Part shown: positions 46,501 to 55,611 of the stretch, piece after piece | Numbering within the stretch: position 1 is the first letter of the stretch | Layout of the letters: every line of letters starts with the position of its first letter | Assembly (NCBI GenBank): GCA_943787795.1 | Contig: CALSNU010000002.1 | Span: 758,158-822,157 of the forward strand | Origin: an uncultured bacterium | Lineage (GTDB): Bacteria > Planctomycetota > UBA1135 > GCA-002686595 | DNA length: 64,000 nt | Direction: 5' to 3' | Made by a program: the position numbers and the translations under genes | Notes under the pieces: generated by a model | Databases searched by the model: none | The model's input: the letters and a program-made list of their open reading frames with translations, nothing else | What the model was told of the DNA's origin: nothing

Positions 46501-49500
46501 GAGCTGCACTCGAACAAGGCCAACAAGAAGGGCGTCCTGGAGCAGTTCAAGGAGTCCCTCGAAGAGGGGCGGGTTCGTGGCGCGCGACGTCGGCGCTGGG
46601 AGGAGGTCGCCGAAGAGGTCGATGCCGCGCGGGGCCGGCTCAACCGCCACGTGGACGCGCTGCACCGCGAGCGCCGCTCCGGGGAGTCGATCCACGGGGT
46701 CATCGCCGAGCATCGCTCGGCCTCCCGCACGGCGGACGCGACCCTGAAGCTAGACCTGGGCGACCCCACCGCCGTGAGCGCAGAGGAGCTCGACCGCTGG
46801 CGCCGCGCCCTCGGGGACCTGGACCCGGTGGCCCGCGAGCAGCTGGTGTCGCCGGAGCATCCCCTCCTGCTGGTGGGGCGGAGGGAGTACTCGCCGATCA
46901 TCGAGGATGAGACCCTGGCCGACCTCAAGGCGTTCGACGGGGCGGCGTCCGAGTTCCTGGCCGCGGCCGACGGTGTCCTCGAGCTCCTCGGGCAGGCCTC
47001 CCCCGCCACGCGCGCGGGGTGGGACCTGCTGCTCGACGTGGCCGGGGCGCTGGAGGGCGCCCCGGAGCTGGGCGGCGCCGCGGCAGGCACGTTGGAGGAT
47101 GGGCCGCATCTCGCTGGAGCAGCCGAGCGCCTGAAGGCCGCGACGGACCTGGCGGCGCTGGAGGCAGGCTTCGATGCCCGTTATCGCGCCGCGCCCCGCT
47201 CGCTCGACCTCGACGGGCTGGAGCGGGCGCGACGGGACACCCTTGCCAGCGGCCTGTTCGGACTGCTGACTCGCTGGCGGGGGCGTCGGACGTTGCGCGA
47301 CGCGTTCCGCGGCATCGCCCGTGAGCCAGACTCGATCGGGAGCGAGGACGCGGTCAGGGGGCTCGACGAGGTCCAGCGGGCCCTGGAGCTCGAGGGCGAC
47401 GTCGGGAGCTGCGGAGACCTCGAGCGCGCGGTCCTTGGCTCCGGCTGGGGTGGCGAGGCGCCTGACCTCGCGGCCTGTGCGGATCACCTCGATCGCGTTC
47501 AGCGGCTCGTGGAGGCCCTCGCCGCGTTCGCCCCTGACGCGGGCTCGAGCCAGCGGTCCGCGGGCGACGCGTTGTTGGCCTCCTGGGGCCAGGGGCTGAC
47601 GGACCCCGAGGGTCCGCTCGCGGTCGGCGTACGGGAGCTCAGGCCGGCGCTGCTCGAACTCGAGGCTCGCAAGGTGGCGGCCGAGGAAGCTGCGCAGCCG
47701 CTCCCGGGCGCGCCTGTCGGATGGACCCGGGACGAGGTCGCGGGCCTGCAGGCGCTGACCCTGCGCTGGACCGACCGCTGGGGTGAGCTGCGCGGTTGGA
47801 CTCGCTGGCAGGTCCTGCGCGCCGCGGCGGTCGAGGCTGGCCGCGGCGATGTGGTCGCCGCGCTCGAGGAGGGCCGGGTCCGCGGTGGTCGCGCGCGCGG
47901 CGCCTTTGATGAGGCCTATTCTCAGGCCTGGGCGCTGCACGAGATCTCCGCCGACGAAGCGCTCAAGGCCTTCGACGGCACCGATCAGCTCCGGGCCGTG
48001 GAGCGCTTCGAGAGCCTGGATGAGGAGCGCCTCGAGGCGGCGCGAGAGGAGGTCCGCCAGCGAGTCGGGGCCAAGCGCCCCCAGCCCTCGACCCTGCGCG
48101 AAAAGAACCGTGGCACGGCGCTGGGTGTCCTTCAGCGGGAGATCACCAAGAAGACCCGCCACATGGCCATTCGACGCCTGCTGGCCGAGCTCGGTGAGCT
48201 GGCGATGGAGCTCAAGCCGTGCTTCCTCATGAGCCCGATGTCGGTGGCTCAATACCTCGAGGCGGACCTCCCGCGCTTTGACCTGGTGGTCTTCGACGAG
48301 GCCTCTCAGATCCCCGTTTGGGACGGCATCGGCGCGATCGCGCGGGGCAATCAGGCCGTCATCGTCGGCGATCCCAAGCAGCTCCCGCCGACGAGCTTCT
48401 TCAGCCGCAGCGAGGACGAGGCCGTGGAGGAGGACGAGATCCAGGACCTCGAGAGCATCCTCGAGGAGTGCATCGGGGCCCAGGTGCCCACCCAGCGCCT
48501 GGCCTGGCACTACCGCAGCCGCCACGAGAGCCTCATCGCGTTCAGCAACGAGCGCTACTACGACGGCGGACTCCTCACGTTCCCGTCGAACTCCTCGGAG
48601 GGGCTCGGGGTCTCCTCGCGCTACGTCGAGGACGGCGTGTATGACAAGGGGCGTACGAGGACCAACGCGGTCGAGGCCAGGGAGGTCGTGTCGGAGGTCG
48701 TCCGCCGCCTCAAGGATCCCGCGCAGGGGTCACGCTCCATCGGCGTCGTGACGTTCAGTCAGGCGCAGCAGACCCTGGTCATGGACCTGTTCGATGGCGC
48801 GGTCCGCGAGCATCCGGAGCTGGAGCGCTTCTTTGATGAGGGCGCCGAGGAGCCGGTGTTCGTGAAGAACCTGGAGAACGTCCAGGGCGACGAGCGGGAC
48901 GTGATCGTGTTCTCCGTGGGCTACGGTCCGGACGAGCGCGGCAACGTGTCCATGAACTTCGGGCCGCTGAACAAGGACGGCGGAGAGCGACGGCTGAATG
49001 TGGCGGTCACCCGCGCACGTGAGGAGGTCCTGGTGTTCACGTCCCTGCGGCCCGATCAGATCGATCTCGCCCGGACGAGCGCGCGGGCTGTCCGCGACCT
49101 GCAGGCGTTCCTGCGCCACGCGGAGCGGGGCACGCTGAGCGTCAGCGCGACGAGCCCTGCGTCCGCGGGGTCCTCCGATGGCCTGGTGGAGCACCTCGCG
49201 GCGCGCCTCGAGGAGCGGGGGTGGGAGGTGTCCACCGGGGTGGGGGCCTCGAGCGTCCGGGTCGATGTCGCCGTCGTGCACCCCGCACGTCCCGGACGAT
49301 TCCTGGCGGGGATCGAGACCGACGGCGAGAACTACGCGCGTTCGGCCACGGCGCGGGACCGGGACCGGCTGCGCCCCATGGTGCTCACCGGCCTGGGCTG
49401 GGATCTCCTGCGGGTCTGGACCGTGGACTGGTGGCGGGACCCGGACGCCGAGGTGGAGCGCCTCGATGCATGTCTCCGGGAGCGGCTGGCCGCGGACCCG

Positions 49501-49536
49501 GGGCCAGGGACGGCGATCCGTCCGATCGAGACCTAG
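43549..49536 (+). CDS. DUF4011 - SF1 helicase - Vsr/REase-like nuclease protein (Hhe-type anti-phage defence) with N-terminal transglutaminase-like domain
   Basis: W.RQLLDLTMRNRLL (DUF4011, ~45420); GPPGTGKSQTI (46345-46368); DEASQ, GDPKQLPP, HYRS, VQGDERD, RRLNVAVTRAR; C-terminal RVDVAV...GIETDG...RDRDR...GW...RVW. Confidence 0.88.
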   Translation: MDPHPDQPAARPGIAAPTPVGGDPSREAAEVESAAVKAAAAESAAVESAAAESAAAERERVMGLFQVLRDSIQIALESGVPETASARYDLARSSHAELLEVGLPPEIEAQLKAFMVDLEARFPTAWRINAAASLIERASAARRAGVQRARLEEARTLLVDAQGVEGVDQDVIGRHLRALEEDLGRLDADDGGVIELATPESREGTSQAAAQAGTAPGEAALGDDLEAALRGAAEEREETGAAPRVEICLELLPRVHLAMLRGHRAPVHALKVRNVSATGLPASRVMLTATPAFFPDAVIELPPLAPGGELELGADQLEGPLRYDPALLARLTERAEGSVVARALSGEGHELGYARAAWELHPADSWPGISALPEVLAAFVLPNAPFVTWLLSAAAQRLERAGHEPALSGYQSRDPIHALHMVEAIYGALLDAQISYANHPASFESDGQRVRFPAAIEQARLATCLDVSLLAAAAMEQVGLHPIVIVIRGHAFVGAWLVERTFSNPLVEEPLRLSKRVELAEICVFDPTGACHRPSPDFAGAREVAERELLDRTAFRFAVDVARARRGGMLPLPTFAADGSGAPSAGVAPSAAMPTASARDLEADLKAYLEADRLRREAEETPETRLDRWLRQLLDLTMRNRLLNSSSGSKRVIPLLGSKLDAVEDRLAAGRTFAVLERPSELPGKGAPDEEAIRGLDALLTAGVEEGQLRSSLDAAELEVRLTNVYREARTAREEGGVNSLYLAVGFLSYRETRQATRVRRAPLLLVPLEIKRKSGRAGYSLVKGGDETRINVTLLEYLRRDHDVNIAGLDPLPEDENGVDVALVLRLIKDAIKDEDGWEVTEEGQVGLYSFSKYLLWRDLRDRSDVLRENALVAHLLDRPREPFEEAGAALSPGELDAEIGADEVFAPLSYDSTQLSAILAAARGRTMVLEGPPGTGKSQTITNLIAHVIAQGQRVLFVSEKMAALDVVHRRLRGLGLGPACLELHSNKANKKGVLEQFKESLEEGRVRGARRRRWEEVAEEVDAARGRLNRHVDALHRERRSGESIHGVIAEHRSASRTADATLKLDLGDPTAVSAEELDRWRRALGDLDPVAREQLVSPEHPLLLVGRREYSPIIEDETLADLKAFDGAASEFLAAADGVLELLGQASPATRAGWDLLLDVAGALEGAPELGGAAAGTLEDGPHLAGAAERLKAATDLAALEAGFDARYRAAPRSLDLDGLERARRDTLASGLFGLLTRWRGRRTLRDAFRGIAREPDSIGSEDAVRGLDEVQRALELEGDVGSCGDLERAVLGSGWGGEAPDLAACADHLDRVQRLVEALAAFAPDAGSSQRSAGDALLASWGQGLTDPEGPLAVGVRELRPALLELEARKVAAEEAAQPLPGAPVGWTRDEVAGLQALTLRWTDRWGELRGWTRWQVLRAAAVEAGRGDVVAALEEGRVRGGRARGAFDEAYSQAWALHEISADEALKAFDGTDQLRAVERFESLDEERLEAAREEVRQRVGAKRPQPSTLREKNRGTALGVLQREITKKTRHMAIRRLLAELGELAMELKPCFLMSPMSVAQYLEADLPRFDLVVFDEASQIPVWDGIGAIARGNQAVIVGDPKQLPPTSFFSRSEDEAVEEDEIQDLESILEECIGAQVPTQRLAWHYRSRHESLIAFSNERYYDGGLLTFPSNSSEGLGVSSRYVEDGVYDKGRTRTNAVEAREVVSEVVRRLKDPAQGSRSIGVVTFSQAQQTLVMDLFDGAVREHPELERFFDEGAEEPVFVKNLENVQGDERDVIVFSVGYGPDERGNVSMNFGPLNKDGGERRLNVAVTRAREEVLVFTSLRPDQIDLARTSARAVRDLQAFLRHAERGTLSVSATSPASAGSSDGLVEHLAARLEERGWEVSTGVGASSVRVDVAVVHPARPGRFLAGIETDGENYARSATARDRDRLRPMVLTGLGWDLLRVWTVDWWRDPDAEVERLDACLRERLAADPGPGTAIRPIET

Positions 49537-49737
49537 GGATCCCGCCGACACTCACGGGCCTTGTCGAGAGGTCGGGACGTCGATCGAGCGGCGGACGCCG
49601 GCGGAGGAGCGGCGCTCGGCGCCCCATCAGGGCGGCGCAAGGTGGCGTCGCGCTGGCCGGCCTGGCTGTCTGGGGCTCAGGCTGTCTGGGGCTCAGGCCG
49701 GCGGCGGCTCAGACGGTCGAGGGCTCGGGGGGTCGGC

Positions 49738-50247
49738 TCAGGGGCTCGGGGACTTTGAGAATGAGAACACCTCGGGGCGGGCGAGCTCGAGGTACCTCTC
49801 CAGGGGCATCACGATGGAGCAGGTGAGCGAGCCCGCGTTGAAGGCGATGCGGTCGTGCTCCAGGAACGCCTCGTCGAGGCAGTTGGGCAGCGTGAGGATG
49901 GGCGGCCCGAAGGGCGGGACGCAGCCGGGGACGAGGCCGGTCAGGTCCAGGAGCTCCTCGCGGCTGGCGAAGCGGGCGCGGCTCTCGCTGAAGTGCCGGC
50001 GGACGCGGTTGGAGTTGAGCTGTCGCGCGGCGGAGAGCACGCAGACCCGGAAGGTGTCCCCGACCTTGAGCACAATGGACTTCCCGCCCACGTCGAGGAC
50101 CTCTCCGCGGGCCGCCGCGGACGCCTTGCTCGTGCGCGTGGGGCCGTGCTCGATGTAGCGGTAGGCGACGCCGGCGTCGTCGAGGAGGGTCCGGATACGG
50201 GCCGTGGTGTCCGTGGGGCCGATGCAGGGCTGGGATTCGTCGGTCAT
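49738..50247 (-). CDS. YbaK/ProX aminoacyl-tRNA editing domain protein
   Basis: GKSIVL, RFAS.EEL...TGL.PGCVPPFG, IAFNAG...SI. Confidence 0.88.
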   Translation of the reverse strand: MTDESQPCIGPTDTTARIRTLLDDAGVAYRYIEHGPTRTSKASAAARGEVLDVGGKSIVLKVGDTFRVCVLSAARQLNSNRVRRHFSESRARFASREELLDLTGLVPGCVPPFGPPILTLPNCLDEAFLEHDRIAFNAGSLTCSIVMPLERYLELARPEVFSFSKSPSP

Positions 50248-50380
50248 GGGTGCGCTCCTTCGGCGAGCGGTGGGTCCGGGGCTTGGATCCCAGGTTGGCG
50301 CGGTATCCTCGCCAGCGCGGCCCAGACCACCCGGATCCCGGCCACGCCTCGCACCTCAACTTGCCACAAGCCTGACCGCA

Positions 50381-51274
50381 ATGCGCTCCGCACTTCACCG
50401 CTGCCTCGTCGTCCCGCTCCTGATCACTGCCTCCTGCTCGACCTTCGAGCTCGAGGACTCCTTCATCGTGACGGAGGAGCTCGCCCTGAACGGCCCCGTC
50501 ACGCTGGAGGTGGGCTGTGATGTGGGGTCCATCGAGGTGGGGGAGGATCCCTCGCTCGAGGGCATCGAGGTGCGCGGGACGGTGCGGCTCACGGGTCGCG
50601 ACGAGGAGGGCGCGCTGGCGCGCTTCGAGCAGCTGGGAGCCTCGATCCAGCGCGGCGCCGACGGCTACGTCGTGACGCCGACGTTCGAGGGCGGCCGGCA
50701 GAAGTCAGAGCGCATCAACCTGAGGGTCAGGGTTCCGGACCTCGGCCGGGTGCGTCTCAAGACGAACAACGGCTCGCTGGTGGCGTCGGACGCGAGCGAT
50801 GGCGTGGAGGCGGACTCCTCGAACGGGACGATCGAGCTCATCGACTGCCGGGGGGACGTTCGGCTCTCCACGGGAAACGGTCCCATCTCGTTGACGGGCG
50901 GCTCTGGCGCCGTACGGGCCAGTACGGGGAACGGTTTGGTCCGGGTCACGGACTTCAATGGACTGCTGGACCTGGAGACCTCGAATGGCGGCGTCGATGT
51001 GTCGTTGTCCGACGACGCGAAGGGCGCCGTCCAGCTACGGTCCAGCAACGGCTCGATCAACCTGAGCGTCGCTGATGGCTGGTCCGGGGTGATCGAGGCG
51101 TCGACCGGTAACGGTCAGGTGCGGTTCCGTGATCAGGACGGCATGCGCCAGAAGGGCAAGGCGTCGATTCTCGCCGTGGGCGCTGGCGGAGCTCGCTCTG
51201 TCGCGCGCACGGGCAACGGCTCGATCGAGGTCGAGGTTCGCCCGCCGGGACTCCCCCGCGGTCCCCGGCTGTAG
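50381..51274 (+). CDS. DUF4097-family beta-strand repeat lipoprotein
   Basis: TASC lipobox; repeated T.NG.I/V motifs (TNNG, SSNG, TGNG). Confidence 0.85.
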   Translation: MRSALHRCLVVPLLITASCSTFELEDSFIVTEELALNGPVTLEVGCDVGSIEVGEDPSLEGIEVRGTVRLTGRDEEGALARFEQLGASIQRGADGYVVTPTFEGGRQKSERINLRVRVPDLGRVRLKTNNGSLVASDASDGVEADSSNGTIELIDCRGDVRLSTGNGPISLTGGSGAVRASTGNGLVRVTDFNGLLDLETSNGGVDVSLSDDAKGAVQLRSSNGSINLSVADGWSGVIEASTGNGQVRFRDQDGMRQKGKASILAVGAGGARSVARTGNGSIEVEVRPPGLPRGPRL

Positions 51275-51302
51275 GGGCTCGCGGGGGATCAGCGTCGCGA
51301 GC

Positions 51303-52889
51303 TCAGGTCCACTCCCCCTGGATGAAGGCGCGCCCGTGTTTGGGCTCGCGGAAGGCCCACAGGGAGCGTCCGCAGCTGGTCTCCAGCCGGTAGTAGTCGC
51401 GCACGGTGTGAGGTGACCCGTCGGGCCAGGCGGGGCTGTCGTCCCACCAGGGTCGCGCGAGCCGCTCGGGGCCCCGCGCCCGGCGAATGCGATAGGCGAT
51501 CCCGCGCCAACGCAGGCGACCAGGGAGCTCCTCCGTCTCGCCGGGGTTCTCGAAGGTGGCGGGCTCCGGCGGGGAGAAGAGCAGAGAGGGGCGGGGCATG
51601 TGGCGGGGCTTGCTGGCTCCCCTGGCCCGGTGCTCCTGGGGGCGGATCCATGAGTAGGATCGCTCGGGGAGGAGCGAGGGCTCGGCGCGGGCGGCCAGCA
51701 CGTTCTCCGGCCCGAGGCGAGCGGCGAGGACGTCCACGAGCTCGCCCACGTGCCGGTCGAGGGGTTGAGTCGCGGGGGTGCTGGCCGCCTCCGGAGGCTC
51801 CCAGGCTCCGACCTGTTGGGCAGGGAGGCGCCCGGTCCGGACCGCGACGAAGCGGATCCGCTCGATGCCGAAGCCGAGGTGCACGGACTCGACGCCGGGC
51901 CGGAGCATGGTCCAGAGGTGCCGCGGGTCAGCGCTGGGCCGGGAGAGGGAGATCGGCAGTCGTCGCGGCGGTAGGTCGGACGGCTCGAGCACGAGGGTTG
52001 CCTCCAGGACGCCTTGGCGCGCCCGTTGGAGCTCGCCACAGAGTTCGCCCACGAGTTCCTCGGCGACCAGGCTGATGGTCTCGGCTTGTCGGACCGGGCC
52101 CTCGAACACGCGCTCGGCCTGGGGAGGGCTCTCGAAGGCGAGGGGCGTGACCGATTCGAACGCGCGGCCGAGGGCCTGGTCGAGGCGCATGGCGACGTCG
52201 CCCCCGAACCGCGCCGCCACGCGGTCACGGTCGAGCCTCAGGAGTTCCTGGACCGACTCCACGCCGAGCTCGGCGAGGGCCTCGCAGGTGGCCCCGGGGA
52301 GCCGAAGCGCGGCGATGGGCAGCGGACCCAGGGCCAGGGCCTCATCGCCGCCGGGGACGATCTGGCGGGGCGTGCGTCCGAACCGCGCGATGGCGGACGC
52401 AGCGCCGACGGTGTCGGCCACCGCCAGGCGTGAGCCGATCTCCAGCCGGTGCATGGCACGCAGGACGGCACGGCAGAGCTCCTCTTCGTCGCCGAAGAGG
52501 CGCTCTGTGCCAGCGACGTCCACGAACAGGCCGTCGGGGGGCTCGAGGGCGACGAGCGGTGAGAAGCGGGCCATGAGCCACTGCCCGAGGGCGTGGAGCG
52601 CGCGCAGGTCGCGCTCCTCCGAGAGCTCCTCGACCCAGGGGTCCCCGTGGCGTGCGCGGACCTGGGGGTCGATCAGCGCCTGGGCCTCGGCGAGGGAGAG
52701 CCCGAGGCGTACACCGCGCCGGGCCGCCTCGTTGCAGCGGGCGGCCACGAGGGACCGGCCGTTGCTCGAGCGGGCGAGCAGGATACAGGAGGTCTTGGGA
52801 GCCCCGGGGCGCCGGGCCGCGCGGCGACGGCGGCGCTGGGCCAGATCAATGGACAGGGAACGCAGGTGGATGGCGAGTACGCGCCTCAT
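51303..52889 (-). CDS. imuB: ImuB, catalytically inactive Y-family polymerase homologue
   Basis: A...GV..G..LAEAQAL, PDGLFVDVAG..RLFG.E, ADT.GAA, LP..ALRL; C-terminal GPER....WW...RDYY....W..R; lacks the Y-family catalytic acidic motif. Confidence 0.9.
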   Translation of the reverse strand: MRRVLAIHLRSLSIDLAQRRRRRAARRPGAPKTSCILLARSSNGRSLVAARCNEAARRGVRLGLSLAEAQALIDPQVRARHGDPWVEELSEERDLRALHALGQWLMARFSPLVALEPPDGLFVDVAGTERLFGDEEELCRAVLRAMHRLEIGSRLAVADTVGAASAIARFGRTPRQIVPGGDEALALGPLPIAALRLPGATCEALAELGVESVQELLRLDRDRVAARFGGDVAMRLDQALGRAFESVTPLAFESPPQAERVFEGPVRQAETISLVAEELVGELCGELQRARQGVLEATLVLEPSDLPPRRLPISLSRPSADPRHLWTMLRPGVESVHLGFGIERIRFVAVRTGRLPAQQVGAWEPPEAASTPATQPLDRHVGELVDVLAARLGPENVLAARAEPSLLPERSYSWIRPQEHRARGASKPRHMPRPSLLFSPPEPATFENPGETEELPGRLRWRGIAYRIRRARGPERLARPWWDDSPAWPDGSPHTVRDYYRLETSCGRSLWAFREPKHGRAFIQGEWT

Positions 52890-52986
52890 GGGCCTTGCTC
52901 GGTCTTCAGGTGTCAGGCCCTCCTCATGGGCAGTTCTCCCTCGTTCGATTCACGCCCCTCCGTGTCGGGGGCGGTGCGGGCGGCCG

Positions 52987-53940
52987 CTAGCCGGCGCCTC
53001 GCCTCCGCTCGTGTGCGGTTCGGAGGGCGAGGATCTGGCTCCGGTGGAGCTGCTGGGCTCCCTTGGCGCGCAGGAGGGTCGCGCTCCAGGCCGGGCCGTC
53101 GCCGGCGCTCTCCCGCCGGCTGATCCGCCAGCGGGTGGTGGCGGCCGAGACCTCGCGTTCCTCTCCCGGTGGCCGCGCGAGTAGCACGAGGGCCTCGGAA
53201 GATGTGGCCGCGAGCTGGAGCCTGCGAGTGGCCGCCATCCCGAGCCCCGAGCCATCGGCGATCACGGCGGTGACGCCGGGGCACCGCAGGGCCGTGTCGA
53301 TGGTCCAGAGGCGCAGGCTGGCGTCCTTGGGGGCGGCGAAGATGGACCGCTCGATGAGTCCCACTTCTGTGGGGGCTCGGTCGTGAGGTTCTGCGTGAGG
53401 TTCAGCGCGAGGTTCAGCGCCGGGTTCTGCGCCGGACTTGGCGCCGGCCTCCTCTCCGGAGCCTTCAGAGAGGGCGTCGTCCCCGGGCTCCAGGTGGACC
53501 TCGAACTCTCCGGCGGAGCGCTCCGCGTCGGGCGCCTGCTGCCCTTCGACCACAGCGGGTCGTCGCGCGACGGCGCCCGGGTAAGGCCAGACCCGACGTC
53601 CGATCCAGACGACCGAGGCGGGGGCGCTGCGGGCGGCGGCGTCGGAGGCGGCTCGGCGGGCGAGGTGCGTGAGGAGGAGCAGGGGAGGGCTCCACTCCCG
53701 CGTGCTGCGGTCCGCGAGAGCGGGGTCTGCACCGCCGACGCCAAACCACTCGTGGACGCACCCGCGGACGAGGCCGGCGGCGCCGCTTGTGGAGCCCGTG
53801 ACACGGTCGATCGAGGGCCAGCCGCTGGAGACCGCGCGGGAAGGCCGCCCGAAGACCTCGGGGTCAGGCTCCGGAGCGCTGGTCAGAGGTCCGGTTCGCA
53901 GCTGCTCGAGCAGCGCCTCGATGCCTTGGGGCGATCGCAT
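52987..53940 (-). CDS. imuA: ImuA-like RecA-fold mutagenesis protein
   Basis: SGWPSIDR..G...GLVRGCVHEW, VVWIG, LW.IDTALRC..V.AVIAD, ATRRLQLAA, SAATTRW; directly upstream of imuB. Confidence 0.85.
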   Translation of the reverse strand: MRSPQGIEALLEQLRTGPLTSAPEPDPEVFGRPSRAVSSGWPSIDRVTGSTSGAAGLVRGCVHEWFGVGGADPALADRSTREWSPPLLLLTHLARRAASDAAARSAPASVVWIGRRVWPYPGAVARRPAVVEGQQAPDAERSAGEFEVHLEPGDDALSEGSGEEAGAKSGAEPGAEPRAEPHAEPHDRAPTEVGLIERSIFAAPKDASLRLWTIDTALRCPGVTAVIADGSGLGMAATRRLQLAATSSEALVLLARPPGEEREVSAATTRWRISRRESAGDGPAWSATLLRAKGAQQLHRSQILALRTAHERRRGAG

Positions 53941-53948
53941 GGCGCGAG

Positions 53949-53965
53949 GGTAGGGTTTTGTTAGG
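53949..53965 (-). promoter_or_regulatory. Putative DNA-damage operator CCTAACAAAACCCTACC overlapping a -10-like TACCCT
   Basis: 16/17 match to the dnaE2 upstream site, with the same 8-nt spacing to the start codon. Confidence 0.7.
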
Positions 53966-53972
53966 TTGCTGC

Positions 53973-54566
53973 CTAGCCCTCTTCGCCCACCTCTGCGTCG
54001 GTCTTGGGTCGCCTCCCGCTGCTCGAGACGCGGCACGCCACGCGCACCGGGCGGAGGGCGAGGAGCACGATGACCGCGGTGAACAGCGCCCCGGGGAGGG
54101 CCACGATGCCCAGCAGCTCCAGGGTGACCTCGGCTGCCCTGGGGTGGTCGGGGTTGATCGAGCCGAACAGCCCGACGTAGAGGCGAGCGAGGTCCGCGAG
54201 CCCGAGAATCGCGCCCCCGGCCGCGGCCCACCAACCCCAGGGCTGACGGGTCAGGAGCCCGATGGCGCCGAGGGCCGCGGTGCCCGCAGCTAGATAGGTC
54301 AGGAGGAACGGGTGCAGCGAGCCCGTCAGGGGAGAGCGAACCGCGAGCACGCCGAACTCGCGGTTCACCTCGTTGACGCTCCAGACGGTCAGGAGCGGAC
54401 CCAGCGCCGCGGCGACCAGCGCCAGCACGGCGGCTGCGTTGGTCGCCGCGGTCCGCTGGACCCGCCGGGCGTCCCGGAGCGCCTGGGCGCGCTCCGAGCG
54501 AGGTTGACCTCGTCGAGGAGTCAACGGCCTGGGCTCAGCTGGGGTCCACCTGGTGCATGTGGACAT
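53973..54566 (-). CDS. Hypothetical 4-TM membrane protein (true start uncertain, probably downstream of 54535)
   Basis: Four hydrophobic segments; GLLTRQPWGWW pattern. Confidence 0.55.
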   Translation of the reverse strand: MSTCTRWTPAEPRPLTPRRGQPRSERAQALRDARRVQRTAATNAAAVLALVAAALGPLLTVWSVNEVNREFGVLAVRSPLTGSLHPFLLTYLAAGTAALGAIGLLTRQPWGWWAAAGGAILGLADLARLYVGLFGSINPDHPRAAEVTLELLGIVALPGALFTAVIVLLALRPVRVACRVSSSGRRPKTDAEVGEEG

Positions 54567-55611
54567 CCTGCTGCGGGAAGGGGAAGGAGATCCCCTCCTT
54601 GTCGAAGCGCAGCTTCATCTGGCGGCGCAGCTCGCAGACGGTCCCGAAGTACTGGCTGGTGGGGACCCAGGCCCGCACGTTGAAGTTCACCGAGGAGTCC
54701 GCGAGCTCCATCAGCATCACCTGCGCTCCGGGGTCGCTCTTGACGTGCTCCATGCTGTTCACGACGTCCAGCATCACGGCCTCGGCCTTCTCGATGTCGT
54801 CGTCGTAGGCGATGCCGAAGATCTGATCGATGCGGCGTGTCTCGTTGGCGGTGATGTTTCGGATCGTGCTGCCCCAGATGGACCCGTTCGGGATCGTCAG
54901 GCGCTGGTTGTCCGGGGTGAGGAGGGTCGTGGAGACCAGGGTCATGGCCTCGACCGAGCCGGTCTCGCCGGTCACGGTGACCACGTCACCGATGTCATAG
55001 GGGCGGTAGAGCAGGAGCATCACGCCCGCGGCGAAGTTGCCCAGGGTGTCTTGGAGCGCAAAGCCGACCACGAAGCCCATCACGCCGACGCCGGCGAGGA
55101 GCGGCGCGACGTTCACGCCGATGGTCTGCAGGGCGATGATGAGGCCGACGAAGAAGATCACCTTGGTGACCGTGTTCTCCACGAAGTTCTTGAAGAGCTC
55201 GCTCGCGTTGAGTTTTGAGCGCTCGAGGCCTCCCCGTGTCAGGCGGCCGAGCCACCGCCCGATGATCTTCGAGACGAAGAGGATCAGGAAGAAGAGGAGC
55301 AGGTTGCCGATGAGGCGGGGTCCGTCTTCGACGACCCACTCCTTCAGGACGACGTCGGGCTCCTCCTTCAGGCGCTTGAAGAGAGAGTCCATCTGGTCAC
55401 CGATGCCCTCCTCTTTATTCTCTCCTGCCTCGGAATCCTCTCCGGCAGCGGCGGAGTCCTCGGGAGAGGACTGAGCGAAGCTGGTGATTGGCTGGGGGTT
55501 GGGGGCGCCTGCCAGGGCGGGCGAGCCGAGCGAGAAGAGGAGGCTGAGGCCGAGGGCGAGGGCCCCGAGAGCTCTCCACATGTGGGCTTGAATGGTCATG
55601 GCGGAGACCAT
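54535..55611 (-). CDS. MscS-family small-conductance mechanosensitive channel
   Basis: GFALQDTLGNFAAG, RPYDIGD, IPNG.IW, RRID..FGIAY, LADSSVN, FPFPQ.DVH; AGAGGA RBS upstream. Confidence 0.92.
   Translation of the reverse strand: MVSAMTIQAHMWRALGALALGLSLLFSLGSPALAGAPNPQPITSFAQSSPEDSAAAGEDSEAGENKEEGIGDQMDSLFKRLKEEPDVVLKEWVVEDGPRLIGNLLLFFLILFVSKIIGRWLGRLTRGGLERSKLNASELFKNFVENTVTKVIFFVGLIIALQTIGVNVAPLLAGVGVMGFVVGFALQDTLGNFAAGVMLLLYRPYDIGDVVTVTGETGSVEAMTLVSTTLLTPDNQRLTIPNGSIWGSTIRNITANETRRIDQIFGIAYDDDIEKAEAVMLDVVNSMEHVKSDPGAQVMLMELADSSVNFNVRAWVPTSQYFGTVCELRRQMKLRFDKEGISFPFPQQDVHMHQVDPS

Noticed and set aside
43480..49740. Mobile defence island around the helicase
   Set aside because: No integrase, transposase, tRNA or flanking direct repeats seen; composition looks like the flanks.
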